Shown here: in pieces, positions 1-10,297 of the stretch | Position numbering within the stretch: position 1 is the first letter of the stretch | How the letters are laid out: each line of letters begins with the position of its first letter | Assembly (NCBI GenBank): GCA_032128875.1 | Contig: JAVLKG010000012.1 | Coordinates: 1 to 64,000, forward strand | DNA length: 64,000 nucleotides | From: Candidatus Melainabacteria bacterium 17Bon1m | GTDB lineage: Bacteria > Cyanobacteriota > Vampirovibrionia > Obscuribacterales > Obscuribacteraceae | Direction of reading: 5' to 3' | Translations under genes and position numbers: made by a program | Notes under the pieces: model-generated | The model's database searches: none | Seen by the model: only the letters and a program-made list of their open reading frames with translations | What the model was told of the DNA's origin: nothing

Positions 1-703
1 ATATCAATGAACCAGTGTTCGTTCAAACATTCGTCTCGGAAGCGGCCGTTGAACGATTCGCAAATTGCATTTTCCATCGGCTTGCCGGGTTGGATGTAGT
101 CCAGGAAGACGTTGTTCGCCGAGGACCACTTGAGCATTGCTGATCCGGTGAACTCAGGTCCGTTATCTAGAACAATCTTTTCTGGCTTGCCGAATTGCCA
201 CACAAGACGATCCAGAACGTTTGCAACGCGCGCTCCAGGCAAGCTGAAGGCAACGTCGATTGCCAGGCACTCGCGAGTGAATTCGTCGACAACGTTGAAC
301 GTTCGATACCGCCGACCGCCGGCAAGGCTGTCTGCGACGAAGTCCATCGACCATCGTTGGTTTGGACGCGTTGCCGGTTCTAGCGGCTTACGGAATACTC
401 GCACTTTCTTTCGCTTGCGCTTTCGCACCTGCAATTTCTCTTCGCAGTAGATGCGATAGACGCGCTTGTGATTTATCTCTGCACAATTGCGCTGCAGCAT
501 CCAGGTGATTCTTCTGTATCCGAAACGTCTCCGAACAGAAGCCAGATCCACGATTTCTGCGCGAAGCGCAGAATCGTCTTTCCGCGTGCTTTGACGTCGT
601 TTTGTAGATCGGGCGATGCCGATCTCCTTTACCGCTTTTCGCTCGCTAATTCCCACCTCACAAAGCGCTTCAACTGCGGCCTTGCGATGCGAGGTGGTCA
701 GTA
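1..703 (-). CDS. IS3 OrfB DDE transposase (partial, -1 frame relative to orfA)
   Basis: Manual translation gives RRRFGYRRI, NHKRVYRIY, PNQRWSMDF, LDNGPEF, PGKPMENAICESFNGRFRDECLN; open to the window edge. Confidence 0.92.
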
Positions 704-964
704 CTTTTTTGAAAGTGCGTTCTTGTAGCCGTCGATTAGAAGCGCCTGCTCGCCCAAGATTTTCTTGAGCTGGGCGTTCTCATCTTCGAGAGTTTTTAAG
801 CGCCGCACGTCGCTCACGTTCATGCCTGCGTACTTGTTTTTCCAATGGTACAGCGTTTGATTGGAGATGCCATGCTTGCGGCAGATCTCCTTGCCGGTAA
901 TACCACCCTCAGATTCTTTGAGGATGGCGACGATTTGCTCTTCGGTGAATCGGCTCTTTCTCAT
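698..964 (-). CDS. IS3 OrfA (HTH)
   Basis: MRKSRFTEEQIVAILKE...ICRKHGISNQTLYHWKNKY...LEDENAQLKK. Confidence 0.95.
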   Translation of the reverse strand: MRKSRFTEEQIVAILKESEGGITGKEICRKHGISNQTLYHWKNKYAGMNVSDVRRLKTLEDENAQLKKILGEQALLIDGYKNALSKKY

Positions 965-1048
965 TGCGACCGTCCTTTCTGATGAAACTATGCCTGATTT
1001 CTTTTCAAAAATCCAGTTGACATGGTTCAGCTTTTTGGGGTCAGGTCA

Positions 1049-1126
1049 GTTGGCGTCAAGCTGCATGGTCACCAGCTTGCCGTCCGGGTATTCTTCCTTG
1101 AAGTAGCGGCCGGCGCTGTCGGACAT
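1049..1126 (-). pseudogene. 5' end of an orphan rhs module, interrupted by the IS3 element
   Basis: 1049-1120 matches 4270-4341 of the main rhs gene at 70/72 nt; encodes MSDSAGRYFKEEYPDGKLVTMQLDAN, ending at the IS end. Confidence 0.85.
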
Positions 1127-1168
1127 GAATTGAGGCAGCAAATACAGTAACAAGCGTCTAAGAAATTC

Positions 1169-2737
1169 TCAGAAAATCAGCACCTTGGTTTGTACACCTA
1201 CGTTATCGAGTAGATTCTTGAGTTGTCGATACTTCATTTCAGTCTCGGATGAATTCGCTGTCGTCAAAAATTGCAATATTTTGCATTCAGTAAAAAAGTC
1301 TTTCCCTTCCTCAAAGGCTGGATTTAGGGGGATTATTGTCCGCTTACCAGCTAGGTAACGTAGAAAAGCTATTCTTAGCTGGTTGTAGGCAGCCATTGCT
1401 TGGTTGCTTTTCTCCAAAGCGCTTATTGCTTTGGCAAGATACTCTCTGCCTCGGGCCGAGTGTTTATTGGACTTGTAAAGACCTTCGAGAATTTGGGAAG
1501 TCTGTTCTGCGAATTGGTTGTCGTCTGTGACTTCAGAAACAAGCTCTAAAATGTATTGTTCATCCTTTCGATAGTCGATCCAGTTGTCGTTCGCCGAATT
1601 CAAGTTTTGTTGGAAAAAATAGTAGGAATATCTGTCTAATAATGCTGCTTTAAAATTGCCGAGTGACTCTTCGCAGTCCGAACGTGACAGAAAAATTCTA
1701 ATATCGTATACGTGTGAAAGTGTAAGCTCATCATACAATCTGGCGGCTTCTTCGGTTTTCCCTTCATGATATTTGATATTGGCAAGAAAAAATTTGGCAA
1801 GCCAATATTGAGGTTCCGAGTCGGCAAGTTTGCCAGACTTCATTAAGGCAATTGCTTTCTCTAATTCGCACTCAGCTTTTCCAGTCTCGCGTATAGAGTT
1901 CAAACATCTGGCCAGTAAAACATGTGTGTAAATGACTTCGTCATCAATGGCAGAAGCATTCTCAAAATGATGAATTGCGCTTGCGAAGTCATTTGAGATA
2001 AACGCGCTATATCCCGCAAGAAATGTTTTATAGAAATTCTCTGACTTGTATCTTGGAGAAAGAAATGAACTCAGCACATCTGTTGTGCCGAGATCTTTTG
2101 TATCTGATAGTGCTTCATTAGCACAATAGCAAGCAAGAACCTCTTCTGAATCATTAAAACATTCAATTGGAAGCCAGTTGTACTTTGTATTCCAAGGCAC
2201 ACTTTTCCCGAAAAAGCGTTTTCTGATTAGGTCTCTTCTAACATCTAAACTTATTGGGTTTGAGATACTTTGAAAGGAATTTGAGAAAGCTACCTTAAAG
2301 TCTAGGTCGCTCAAGTGAATCAGTTCATGCAACAAGCTCTTTTTTCTATCGTTTTCATTTTTGCTATCGTCAAAAAAAGAGTCGGAAAGAAACAACATTC
2401 CGTCGGCACTAATTGCATTAACTGAAATGTCTTTGCGAACAATTCCAATCCGCGAATACGTCAAGAGCCGATATACAGATATAGGTGCGAAACTCGAAGC
2501 TAAATTTAGAATGTTCGGAAATTGCTGATGGATTGTGTTTATTTGCCTCAACACCTCTTGTTTTTCAACATTCTTCCATGCTTGAGTTTTGTAGCTTCCT
2601 CGAATGATTTGTTGGTCTTGAAATTGGATATACCGGCACACGTCTTTTGGCTCTTGAACTGAAGCGCCTGCTATTGGTTGGTGGCTTAATTGCCAACAAG
2701 ATATGGTAAGAACGCTCGTTGCAGCTATCTTTCTCAC
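1169..2737 (-). CDS. HExxH (zincin-like) plus TPR protein, possibly exported
   Basis: LLHELIH followed by EEVLA; TPR-like helices in the C-terminal half; hydrophobic N-terminus; AT-rich. Confidence 0.65.
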   Translation of the reverse strand: MRKIAATSVLTISCWQLSHQPIAGASVQEPKDVCRYIQFQDQQIIRGSYKTQAWKNVEKQEVLRQINTIHQQFPNILNLASSFAPISVYRLLTYSRIGIVRKDISVNAISADGMLFLSDSFFDDSKNENDRKKSLLHELIHLSDLDFKVAFSNSFQSISNPISLDVRRDLIRKRFFGKSVPWNTKYNWLPIECFNDSEEVLACYCANEALSDTKDLGTTDVLSSFLSPRYKSENFYKTFLAGYSAFISNDFASAIHHFENASAIDDEVIYTHVLLARCLNSIRETGKAECELEKAIALMKSGKLADSEPQYWLAKFFLANIKYHEGKTEEAARLYDELTLSHVYDIRIFLSRSDCEESLGNFKAALLDRYSYYFFQQNLNSANDNWIDYRKDEQYILELVSEVTDDNQFAEQTSQILEGLYKSNKHSARGREYLAKAISALEKSNQAMAAYNQLRIAFLRYLAGKRTIIPLNPAFEEGKDFFTECKILQFLTTANSSETEMKYRQLKNLLDNVGVQTKVLIF

Positions 2738-2864
2738 CGTTGATTCACCTCGGCAACAAACTCACGATTTTATAGTACTCCTAGAGGAGTTATAACAGCA
2801 CTAGTTTTTTACACTTAGGTTTTTCGAATGACAAAGTATTGAATCCCTTCTCTGGATTTGAAAG

Positions 2865-2897
2865 GATGCATTGGGTCGCCTTACGACCCAATGCATC
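2865..2897. terminator. 14-bp perfect inverted repeat downstream of rhs
   Basis: GATGCATTGGGTCG-cctta-CGACCCAATGCATC; only a weak U-tract. Confidence 0.5.
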
Positions 2898-2916
2898 TTA
2901 GTTTTCAGAAAGAGTT

Positions 2917-5900
2917 TTATTCAGGTATGCCAGGAACCCATTGAATGGGTGCTTTGACATTCCCATTGTCGAAGTTTTCCAGGAATCTGTGTATTTGTGT
3001 GTCCTGAATTGTTGGTTCTGGCGGCGTCGGTTCGGCATAAGTGGGTGTTTTAAACGCAGAACCTGTTTCACCTGGATCGTTGACCCAGGCCCAGCCCTTA
3101 TCTTCTGGCAGCCCTGGCCTAAACGGGTCGACAGGATCGTCGAACAGACCATGTGCCGGATCGGAATCCGCGAAAGGGTCCTGCGGAATCTGCCCATTAC
3201 CGTCGGAAAACTGGTCCGATAAAGGTGATGAACCCGAGTCGCTAAATGGATCCGCTGGAGCTATCTTGGACCCTTGGTCACTTGCGAGACCGAGTGTGTC
3301 AACAAAGTTCACAGGCTGGTTTCGCACGTACCTATACAGGTTCAGTCCATCAGCGTAGCCGATGACGTCGGGCTGCAGGAAGCGGCCGATGACAGGCGAG
3401 TAGTAGCGCGCCTTGTAGTTGTACAAGCCGGATTCGGCGTCGTAGCGCTGACCGGTGTAGCCGAAGCTTGTGCCGGAGAGCGCGGCTGATTCGCCGTACG
3501 GACCGTACTCGTAGCGCTGAGTGACAGCACCACTGTTGTTGGTGCGAGCGATGATCGAGCCGAGTCGGTCGCGGTGGAAGAAAGTCTTCGTTCCGCCGGA
3601 TGATACCTCGACGATCGGCTCATCGAGCCCGGTTGCGTAGACAAAGCGAGTGTTGAGAGTACCGGCGGTACCGTCGTACTCGGCGATGCGCTGCAAGCCA
3701 TTGTAGATGAAGCGGGTCTTGGTGCCGCCGACGTTCTTCTGCGACTGACGGTCCATCGGGTCGTAGAGATAGCTGGCGCTCACGCCGCTTTTCACTGCGC
3801 TGATGAAACGGTTGAGCACGTCGTAACCAAAGGTCCAGACTCCGTCGCCGGTCAAGCAACCGTTGTTATTGTAGGTGTAGGAAACACCGCCAACTGTCGG
3901 ATACTGGTTGAGGTCGTTCGCCGCGGCATAAGTGACGGTGCCGGCGGAAGCCGGGTGCCACACAAACTGATCGTCAGAGACGTTCTGGCTGGTCAGCTGA
4001 TGCGCGTCGTTGAAGCCGTAGGCGAAGTTAGCCGATGAGCCGACAAAGCTGTGTGCCAAGCCGGTCATGTCGTTTGTCAGCGAGAATTCGTATTCGCTCG
4101 AAGTACCGTTGGCGAATTCGACGTTCGCGCGCCGCGAGAGGATGTCGTAAGAAATCGTCGCTTCAGGCGTCGCCGAGCCGTTGAGCCTGATGTCGGTGAG
4201 ACGGTTGAGCTCGTCATAGACGCGCTCGACATAGTAGCTGTCCGGATAGGTCAGCTTGGTGACGTTGCCGTTGGCGTCAAGCTGCATGGTCACCTGCTTG
4301 CCGTCCGGGTATTCTTCCTTGAAGTAGCGACCGGCGCTGTCAAAGAAGTACTGGAAGGCGCCGCTGCCTGGGTCGCCACCGACGGTCGGCGTGCTGACGT
4401 CGGTCCTGCGACCGGCGAGGTCGTAGCCGTAGGTAATGGTCGGCATGCCCTGCGGCGTACGGGTCTCGAGGCGGTTGAGCACGTCGAAGGTGTTGGTGAC
4501 GGTGTCGCCGTTGCGTGTCGTGAAGACGAGCAAGTTGTCGTTGTCGTCGTACGACGTGTTTTCCTCGAAGGTCGTGTCCGGATAGATCGTCTGAGCAAGC
4601 CGGTCGAAGCCGTCGTAAGTGTACTCGGTCGTGTTGCTATTGGCGTCCGTAAGTTCGTGCAGCTTGCCGTTGTCGGTGTAGGTTCGGGTTTCGGCAAGAT
4701 TGTTCGACCAGTCGGTGACCGTCTCCAGCATTGCGCGAGCATCGTAGGTGAAGGTCGTTGTGCGGCTTTCCGGATCTTCTACCGACTGCAGCTTGCGCCG
4801 CTGGTTGTAGAAATAGTTGGTGGTGTTGCCCAGCGCATCAGACATGCTGGTGCGGTCGCCGGATACGTTGTACGAGAAGTTGGCCTTTTGCCAAATCGGG
4901 ACGCCGGGAGCGAGACGACGCGTTTCTACCAAACGGTTGTTTTTGTCGTACTCAAACTGAGTGATGAACTCGAACGGCTCGGGCGCGATGGTTTCCACAA
5001 CATGCCGCGACGCGTCGAAAGTCTGCTCGCCGCGGTTGCCGCGCGGATCTGTCACAGCCACAACGTTGCCGACCTTGTCGTATTCAAACGAAGTCGTCAG
5101 GTTGAGGTGCGGGCTTGTGCCAAAGTCGCGGACGACGGACAGCAGAGCTTCAGTGTCAGTGTCGTAGTTCCACTTTGTCACGATGCCGGTTTCATCGGTC
5201 ATCGTTGCCATCTGACCGCGGGCGTTGTAGGTAAACGAAACCTGCGGAGTGATACCGCCGATGGTGGGTCGCTGAATGTTCAACAGGTCGCCGGTCAGCG
5301 AGTCGTAAGTGTTGGTCGTGACGTTGCCTTCGCCGTCTTCAGCTGTTTCGACCTTATTCCAGTCGAGATCGTAGGTGAAGGTGTTGACGATGTCGGAAAG
5401 ACCGGAGCCAGGCTTCGCGATCTTCGTCAGCGTCAGCAGGTTGCTGTTTTCGTCGTAGGTCATCTCGAACGAATTGCCTTCCGGCATCGTCCGTTTGGTT
5501 TCGCGCCTAAGCGAATCGTACTCCCGGACTGTTTCGTTGCCGAGCTGGTCGACCATCAAGGTCGGCTGTCCATGCCGGTTGAAATAGGCGACAGTAGCGT
5601 TGGTCAGCGGGTCGACTTCTTCGCTGCGTGAGCCAGCGAAATAGTACGTCCACTGGTTGCTCTCACCGTCGGTTTGAGTCATGACGCGCCCGAGGCTGTC
5701 GTAGGCGTTGGTGACGATCTGAGAGGTCGGATTTTCCGGAAGGAAAATCTTTTCCAGGCGGCTGCTGCCGTCGTATTCGTAGGTAGTCTCGCGGCCCATC
5801 TCGTCGCGGCACGAGATCAGGTTGCCGGTCGAGTCATAGGTAAAGCCGATGTCGCGACCGGAGTTGTCGAAGACCTGGGTCAGCTTGCCGTTGCTGTCGT

Positions 5901-8526
5901 AGCGGAAGAGGAGCTTTCTGCCGATGCCATTGTCCACGGACTGCAAGAGCCCACCGCTCGTAGTGAAAGTCAGCGTGACGCCATTGGGCTTCGCCCATGT
6001 GAGGAGCACGCCTGCTGATGAAAAGGTCATGGTGTCGCCGGATCGGGTCTTGTAGACGAACTGGCTGCTGCCGTTGATGGTCACGGAAGAACCGCGTGCA
6101 TCAAGAGGTGCATACGTGCCGTCTGCGAGCTTCATCAGGAAGTCTGCGCTGTTGCCGAGATCCAAGACGACCGTGTTGAGCTTGACCTGGTCGCCCTTCC
6201 ATCGCTCAATTAGCGCCGCCGTGACGACATCTGCAAGTGCATCGGTGTTGGGGTCGACCAATAGTTCGCTAAGCGCATACAGCGCTGTGATGTTGGCTGC
6301 GGCGAATATGGCGGAAGCATCGCCGAGACCGGAGTACGCGACGCTTGCCTTGCGGGCGCTGCAGTCATAGGAATGCTGCCAGCCGTAGCCGACGGAGGAC
6401 TTCATCGACCACTGGTTAGACCGGTAATGTCTGCTGAAAGGCAGGCTATACGGGAAGGCGCCGCTACCGACGGTCATGTCGGTTTTGTTGTAGAGATAGG
6501 CGCCCGAAGCAAGGTCGATAGGTTCCATCGAAAGCAAGTACGTAGGCGGATTCAAACTTGACTCGTCGGAAGTCATAGACCCCTCTGCCTGCTTGGTCGG
6601 ATCGCTGGGGTCCGTGGTCGTAATGCCCTTCTGTCCAAAGCTGAGTGCAGCGAAGTGATTGCTGGTCGGCAGCGAAGCGTAGAAGCCATTCGCCAGCAGT
6701 CCGTCGATGCCCATGGAGCCGTTGGCGGGGAGAATGCCACGCCCGCCATTGTCAATCCAGCGAGTCTTCAGCATCGTGAGATAGGTCGAATCCCAAGAAT
6801 AGAAGCTCGGGCTGATGGTTGACCAGTTAGAGGCGTTGACGTCGTAAATGGTGACACCGAGGTTGGTGGCAGCTTCCATTGCACGGTTGGTGCCAATGGT
6901 ATTTGCTTCCAGCTGTTGGCGTGCCATCATTGCTTCTGAGCCGTTCACCAGCACCGAATACACATCGGAGCAGGCATCCTTTGTAGAAGTGCCGGCGTCG
7001 AGGTCGGCGAACCCTAGCGTTTTGCCGAAGAACATCGACATCAAAAGAGCCTGGTGCAGCGACACGTACGCAAGGAAACCACCATGGTGCATGTAGATAG
7101 GCATGCAGTTTTTAATGCGACCAAGCATGTCGGAGTTCTTTGTGAGAATCGCCATGTACGTGAAGAAGTCGTTCATGTACGTTTCGCCGAGAATATTCTC
7201 GGAGAAGTAATTCACCGAAGAACCACCGGCGCGCACATACTGCTGCAGTCGCGTCTTGTGGTAATCCGCCGAAGCTTTGGTGCACGGACCGAATGCCAGC
7301 GCGATGACGTAGGGGCGGTTTGCCACTTCTCCATAAGGAGTGGTCATCGTTTCGGTTGCGCCGGCGATGGCATTGTGCGTGATCGTGATGGTGAGGTTGT
7401 TCGGGTAAGGCCATTCGCCGAGGATCACCGGTGTTCCTTCCAGCCACAGCTCCGGATAGGAGAATGCGTTGATCCAGAAAGCGAGACGCTTGTGATAGAT
7501 GTCGTCTGAATAGTAAGTGATGTCCGCACTGCCGCCGCCGAACTTGGGGAACTGCAGACGTACGGTCGTACGATATGCGTTGGGGATACTCGACCACTGA
7601 GTCGGCGTGCCGGTTTCGTAAGGCAGGCTGGTCTGACGCACCGGACCACTCACCGCAACGATTTTTCGTCCACCGATTACTTCATCCAGCGAAGCATCCG
7701 GCATGTTCGACTGAATGTAGGAAAGCAACGCCTGGGAGTAGCCATTCAGGTCGTTGAAGATGTTCGATTTGTTCATGTTGAGCACAGAAGTCGACGTGAT
7801 GGTCGCGCCGCTCTGTGCATTCGACTGGAACGTGCTCTTGTTGAAACCGATCGCCGAAGCAAGGTTGACACCGGTTTCGTAGGTATAAGTCTTGAAGGAT
7901 GGGTCGAACACATAGTCCGTGCCGCCAATATCGACCTTCACCCAGAGGTGATCGAGGGTGGTGCTATCCCAGGTGGGACCGGTCATGTTGACCGTGTGCG
8001 GGATGCCGACGGCGTCGAGCAGGTCGGAGGAGACATTGGGATCGGTGTCGTCGGTGCCGAGCCAATTCTTCAACTGAGCAGGCGTCAGCTCGATTTCGCC
8101 GAACATGAAGTCGGCGGTATAACCAGCTTCGCGCAGCAGTGCGACGAGCAGCGCCGACTGGTCGAAGGGGTTGCCGATGCCGTCAACGAGAGTGCCGAAT
8201 GCGCCTTTCTGCACGCCGTACATCGGATAGAAGTCGATGTTGTCGTGGACGAACTGGAAGATCAGGTCGACGTCGTTTTTCAACGCGCGCGCCAACTCTT
8301 CAATTGATGCTGGCCCTGGAAGGGTGTTGCTGGCGAGACCCATGTTTGCGGCCGCGGTCTTTTTGACGAACTTTGAAACAGCGGCTTCCGCGCGTTTCAA
8401 AGCCTTGCTCTGTTTCTTCTTCATCTTGCTCTTGCTCGTGCGCGCACCGGCGCCCGAGTTCGAACCAGAGACTATGCTCTTGCCAGAGTTTTCCGGCTCA
8501 AGCTTTGATTTCTTTTCGATTGTCAT
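2917..8526 (-). CDS. Rhs/YD-repeat protein with N-terminal transglutaminase-like domain
   Basis: Many YD repeats; core FGYTGQRYDAESGLYNYKARYYSPVIGRFLQPD...NLYRYVRNQPVNFVDTLG; N-terminal GNPFDQSALLVALLREAG...HLWV...FDPSFK. Confidence 0.95.
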   Translation of the reverse strand: MTIEKKSKLEPENSGKSIVSGSNSGAGARTSKSKMKKKQSKALKRAEAAVSKFVKKTAAANMGLASNTLPGPASIEELARALKNDVDLIFQFVHDNIDFYPMYGVQKGAFGTLVDGIGNPFDQSALLVALLREAGYTADFMFGEIELTPAQLKNWLGTDDTDPNVSSDLLDAVGIPHTVNMTGPTWDSTTLDHLWVKVDIGGTDYVFDPSFKTYTYETGVNLASAIGFNKSTFQSNAQSGATITSTSVLNMNKSNIFNDLNGYSQALLSYIQSNMPDASLDEVIGGRKIVAVSGPVRQTSLPYETGTPTQWSSIPNAYRTTVRLQFPKFGGGSADITYYSDDIYHKRLAFWINAFSYPELWLEGTPVILGEWPYPNNLTITITHNAIAGATETMTTPYGEVANRPYVIALAFGPCTKASADYHKTRLQQYVRAGGSSVNYFSENILGETYMNDFFTYMAILTKNSDMLGRIKNCMPIYMHHGGFLAYVSLHQALLMSMFFGKTLGFADLDAGTSTKDACSDVYSVLVNGSEAMMARQQLEANTIGTNRAMEAATNLGVTIYDVNASNWSTISPSFYSWDSTYLTMLKTRWIDNGGRGILPANGSMGIDGLLANGFYASLPTSNHFAALSFGQKGITTTDPSDPTKQAEGSMTSDESSLNPPTYLLSMEPIDLASGAYLYNKTDMTVGSGAFPYSLPFSRHYRSNQWSMKSSVGYGWQHSYDCSARKASVAYSGLGDASAIFAAANITALYALSELLVDPNTDALADVVTAALIERWKGDQVKLNTVVLDLGNSADFLMKLADGTYAPLDARGSSVTINGSSQFVYKTRSGDTMTFSSAGVLLTWAKPNGVTLTFTTSGGLLQSVDNGIGRKLLFRYDSNGKLTQVFDNSGRDIGFTYDSTGNLISCRDEMGRETTYEYDGSSRLEKIFLPENPTSQIVTNAYDSLGRVMTQTDGESNQWTYYFAGSRSEEVDPLTNATVAYFNRHGQPTLMVDQLGNETVREYDSLRRETKRTMPEGNSFEMTYDENSNLLTLTKIAKPGSGLSDIVNTFTYDLDWNKVETAEDGEGNVTTNTYDSLTGDLLNIQRPTIGGITPQVSFTYNARGQMATMTDETGIVTKWNYDTDTEALLSVVRDFGTSPHLNLTTSFEYDKVGNVVAVTDPRGNRGEQTFDASRHVVETIAPEPFEFITQFEYDKNNRLVETRRLAPGVPIWQKANFSYNVSGDRTSMSDALGNTTNYFYNQRRKLQSVEDPESRTTTFTYDARAMLETVTDWSNNLAETRTYTDNGKLHELTDANSNTTEYTYDGFDRLAQTIYPDTTFEENTSYDDNDNLLVFTTRNGDTVTNTFDVLNRLETRTPQGMPTITYGYDLAGRRTDVSTPTVGGDPGSGAFQYFFDSAGRYFKEEYPDGKQVTMQLDANGNVTKLTYPDSYYVERVYDELNRLTDIRLNGSATPEATISYDILSRRANVEFANGTSSEYEFSLTNDMTGLAHSFVGSSANFAYGFNDAHQLTSQNVSDDQFVWHPASAGTVTYAAANDLNQYPTVGGVSYTYNNNGCLTGDGVWTFGYDVLNRFISAVKSGVSASYLYDPMDRQSQKNVGGTKTRFIYNGLQRIAEYDGTAGTLNTRFVYATGLDEPIVEVSSGGTKTFFHRDRLGSIIARTNNSGAVTQRYEYGPYGESAALSGTSFGYTGQRYDAESGLYNYKARYYSPVIGRFLQPDVIGYADGLNLYRYVRNQPVNFVDTLGLASDQGSKIAPADPFSDSGSSPLSDQFSDGNGQIPQDPFADSDPAHGLFDDPVDPFRPGLPEDKGWAWVNDPGETGSAFKTPTYAEPTPPEPTIQDTQIHRFLENFDNGNVKAPIQWVPGIPE

Positions 8527-8643
8527 TTCTTTGTTCTCGCTGATTTGACCGCATTGCGGTCCTTGCAGACACTCCGGTTGGAAGCATCTGCGTGCTGGAA
8601 GGAAGAAGTTTGGTGAAAGGATGCTCGGGGGAAAGCTAAATGA

Positions 8644-8868
8644 TTAGCAGGTTCCGCCGGGACACGTAGTCACGACGCTGGTCCTGTTGCCCATGGCGTC
8701 ATAGTTGTAGGTGTGAGTGGTGCCGTTGGCGAAGGTGACGGTCTGGAGGCGACCACGGGAATCATAACTGTACGAGGCGCCGTCGGACGCAAGGAGGCTC
8801 TTCTTCTGGAAGCTTGCCACCTCAGTCTTTTCGGCGCAACCACAGTTGTCTTTGTTTTCGTTTGTCAT
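8644..8868 (-). CDS. Small YD-repeat protein
   Basis: YSYDSRGRL...TYNYDAMGNR; GAGG RBS before the ATG at 8868. Confidence 0.8.
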   Translation of the reverse strand: MTNENKDNCGCAEKTEVASFQKKSLLASDGASYSYDSRGRLQTVTFANGTTHTYNYDAMGNRTSVVTTCPGGTC

Positions 8869-8968
8869 TTTCGTTCCTCTTTTTGCAACAATCGCAAGTT
8901 GCGAATGCTGCGCTAGCTGCGTGAATGTGCTGCAGCAATGTTTGTCGGACACCTATTTAGGGGACGAA

Positions 8969-9409
8969 TTAGCTCGTCGGCGGTGTGTCGTTATAGAAGA
9001 TCTTTTCCAGCACGGGCAAGATTAGTGTCGTCAGGATTAGCGCGATGGAGCCATATACAGGTAGATACCACTGCGGCCATGTCGCCGCGAATGGACCTCC
9101 AAGCGCAAATACCCAAACGGCAAATGCAAAGGCTGAAGCTACGCACGGAAAGATCTTGTTAGGCATGAAGCCGGGTGGTTGGGTCTTCATGAAGCAGACA
9201 TATAGAGGCGTCAAGCCCAGCAACGCTGCAAAGACAATCCAATGAAGGATCGGTGATGTTATTGTCTGACCAGAAAGAAGACCGGATAAAGCCACATAGC
9301 CAGTGACAATATCAGCAGGGATATTTCGCAGAAGCTTGTCGAAATACGATTCATCCGGTCCCGCTGTGAATGGAGGTCGGCTGCGCATGCGCTTTATGAA
9401 TTGACGCAT
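8969..9409 (-). CDS. Hypothetical membrane protein (about 4 TM)
   Basis: Four hydrophobic segments; start codon uncertain. Confidence 0.7.
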   Translation of the reverse strand: MRQFIKRMRSRPPFTAGPDESYFDKLLRNIPADIVTGYVALSGLLSGQTITSPILHWIVFAALLGLTPLYVCFMKTQPPGFMPNKIFPCVASAFAFAVWVFALGGPFAATWPQWYLPVYGSIALILTTLILPVLEKIFYNDTPPTS

Positions 9410-10231
9410 TCTGTTGCTCCGTTTAGTTGTTGCACAAGTCAATTTATACAAACCGTAAGAAAACCGGCGCGCCATCAGCTGCTTTGTTGTTTCTATTTTG
9501 TTGTGAGTAGTGGTGAAGGCGCGGTGCCGTGTGGTGTTTTCGTTGAAACGGGATGCAATAAATTGGACGAACGCAACCTACAAAGCCGCCTTGGCTGGTG
9601 CAATACGTACCGAATGGTTAGTGAAACATTAAGGGCTGCGACGCAATCCGCTTCAGGTGCGCGATTTGAAATTGTCATTATTGAACCTAGCGCAAGGTTG
9701 AATTAGCAAATAGTCAGAAAACCGTGACTAGCAGACGTTTCGCGAGGTTGCCATGTTAAGCATGCTTGATTGACTCGTATCGCTTTTGCTGCGATAGATT
9801 TCGGCGAAATGAGATTGTTTGATACTTAACAGTATTACGAAGCGTGTCTCCACCTGCCTGTTTCCCTCGCTTCTTGTGCCAAGTGAAAAGCTGCATGAAA
9901 GCTGAAACCTATCAGTGGTACGGCTTATGTCCCTAAAAGTGGACCGGTCGTAATGATGGTGCCTTTCTTTGAGGAAAGGTTGATGGCGTTAATAAGCGGT
10001 CTAGTGAAGCTAAAAGTAGCCATGCCGTTATGATGGTGTCTTAATCAATAAGCGGAAGTGTTGGCATCGCGCCACTAGCGGTGGCTCTGCGCCTTGCTAT
10101 TAGGCAGTGCTGAATGTTGGGCGACACTTCGGCGCTACCATCGTTTCATCGAATAGCGGGGCTCTCGGCGCTCTCTAATGGCGTCTGCAAGTACTTCTTG
10201 TTGAAATGCTAGTCAATCACACTTTAGTGTG

Positions 10232-10297
10232 AAACACCAAAGTGCTAAATGACAAACGATAAAGTGCTAAATGACAAACACCAAAGTGCTAAATGGT
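10232..10297 (+). repeat. Three 22-bp tandem direct repeats
   Basis: AAACACCAAAGTGCTAAATGAC / AAACGATAAAGTGCTAAATGAC / AAACACCAAAGTGCTAAATGGT. Confidence 0.9.

Larger units (their letters stand above)
1..1048 (-). mobile_element. IS3-family insertion sequence, truncated by the window edge
   Basis: orfA/orfB layout; left end on the minus strand reads TGACCTGACCCCAAAAAGCTGAACCA (1023-1048), starting TG as IS3 ends do; A6G slippery site at 704-710. Confidence 0.93.

Noticed and set aside
600-710. Inactivating frameshift in IS3 orfB
   Set aside because: On re-reading, the frame is open after the normal programmed A6G -1 site.
4051-5631. 526-aa plus-strand ORF and similar long antisense ORFs (21605-22648, 22554-23591)
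   Set aside because: These are shadow frames of GC-rich genes with clear motifs on the opposite strand.
10232-10297. CRISPR array or plasmid origin
   Set aside because: No spacers, and no rep gene in the window.
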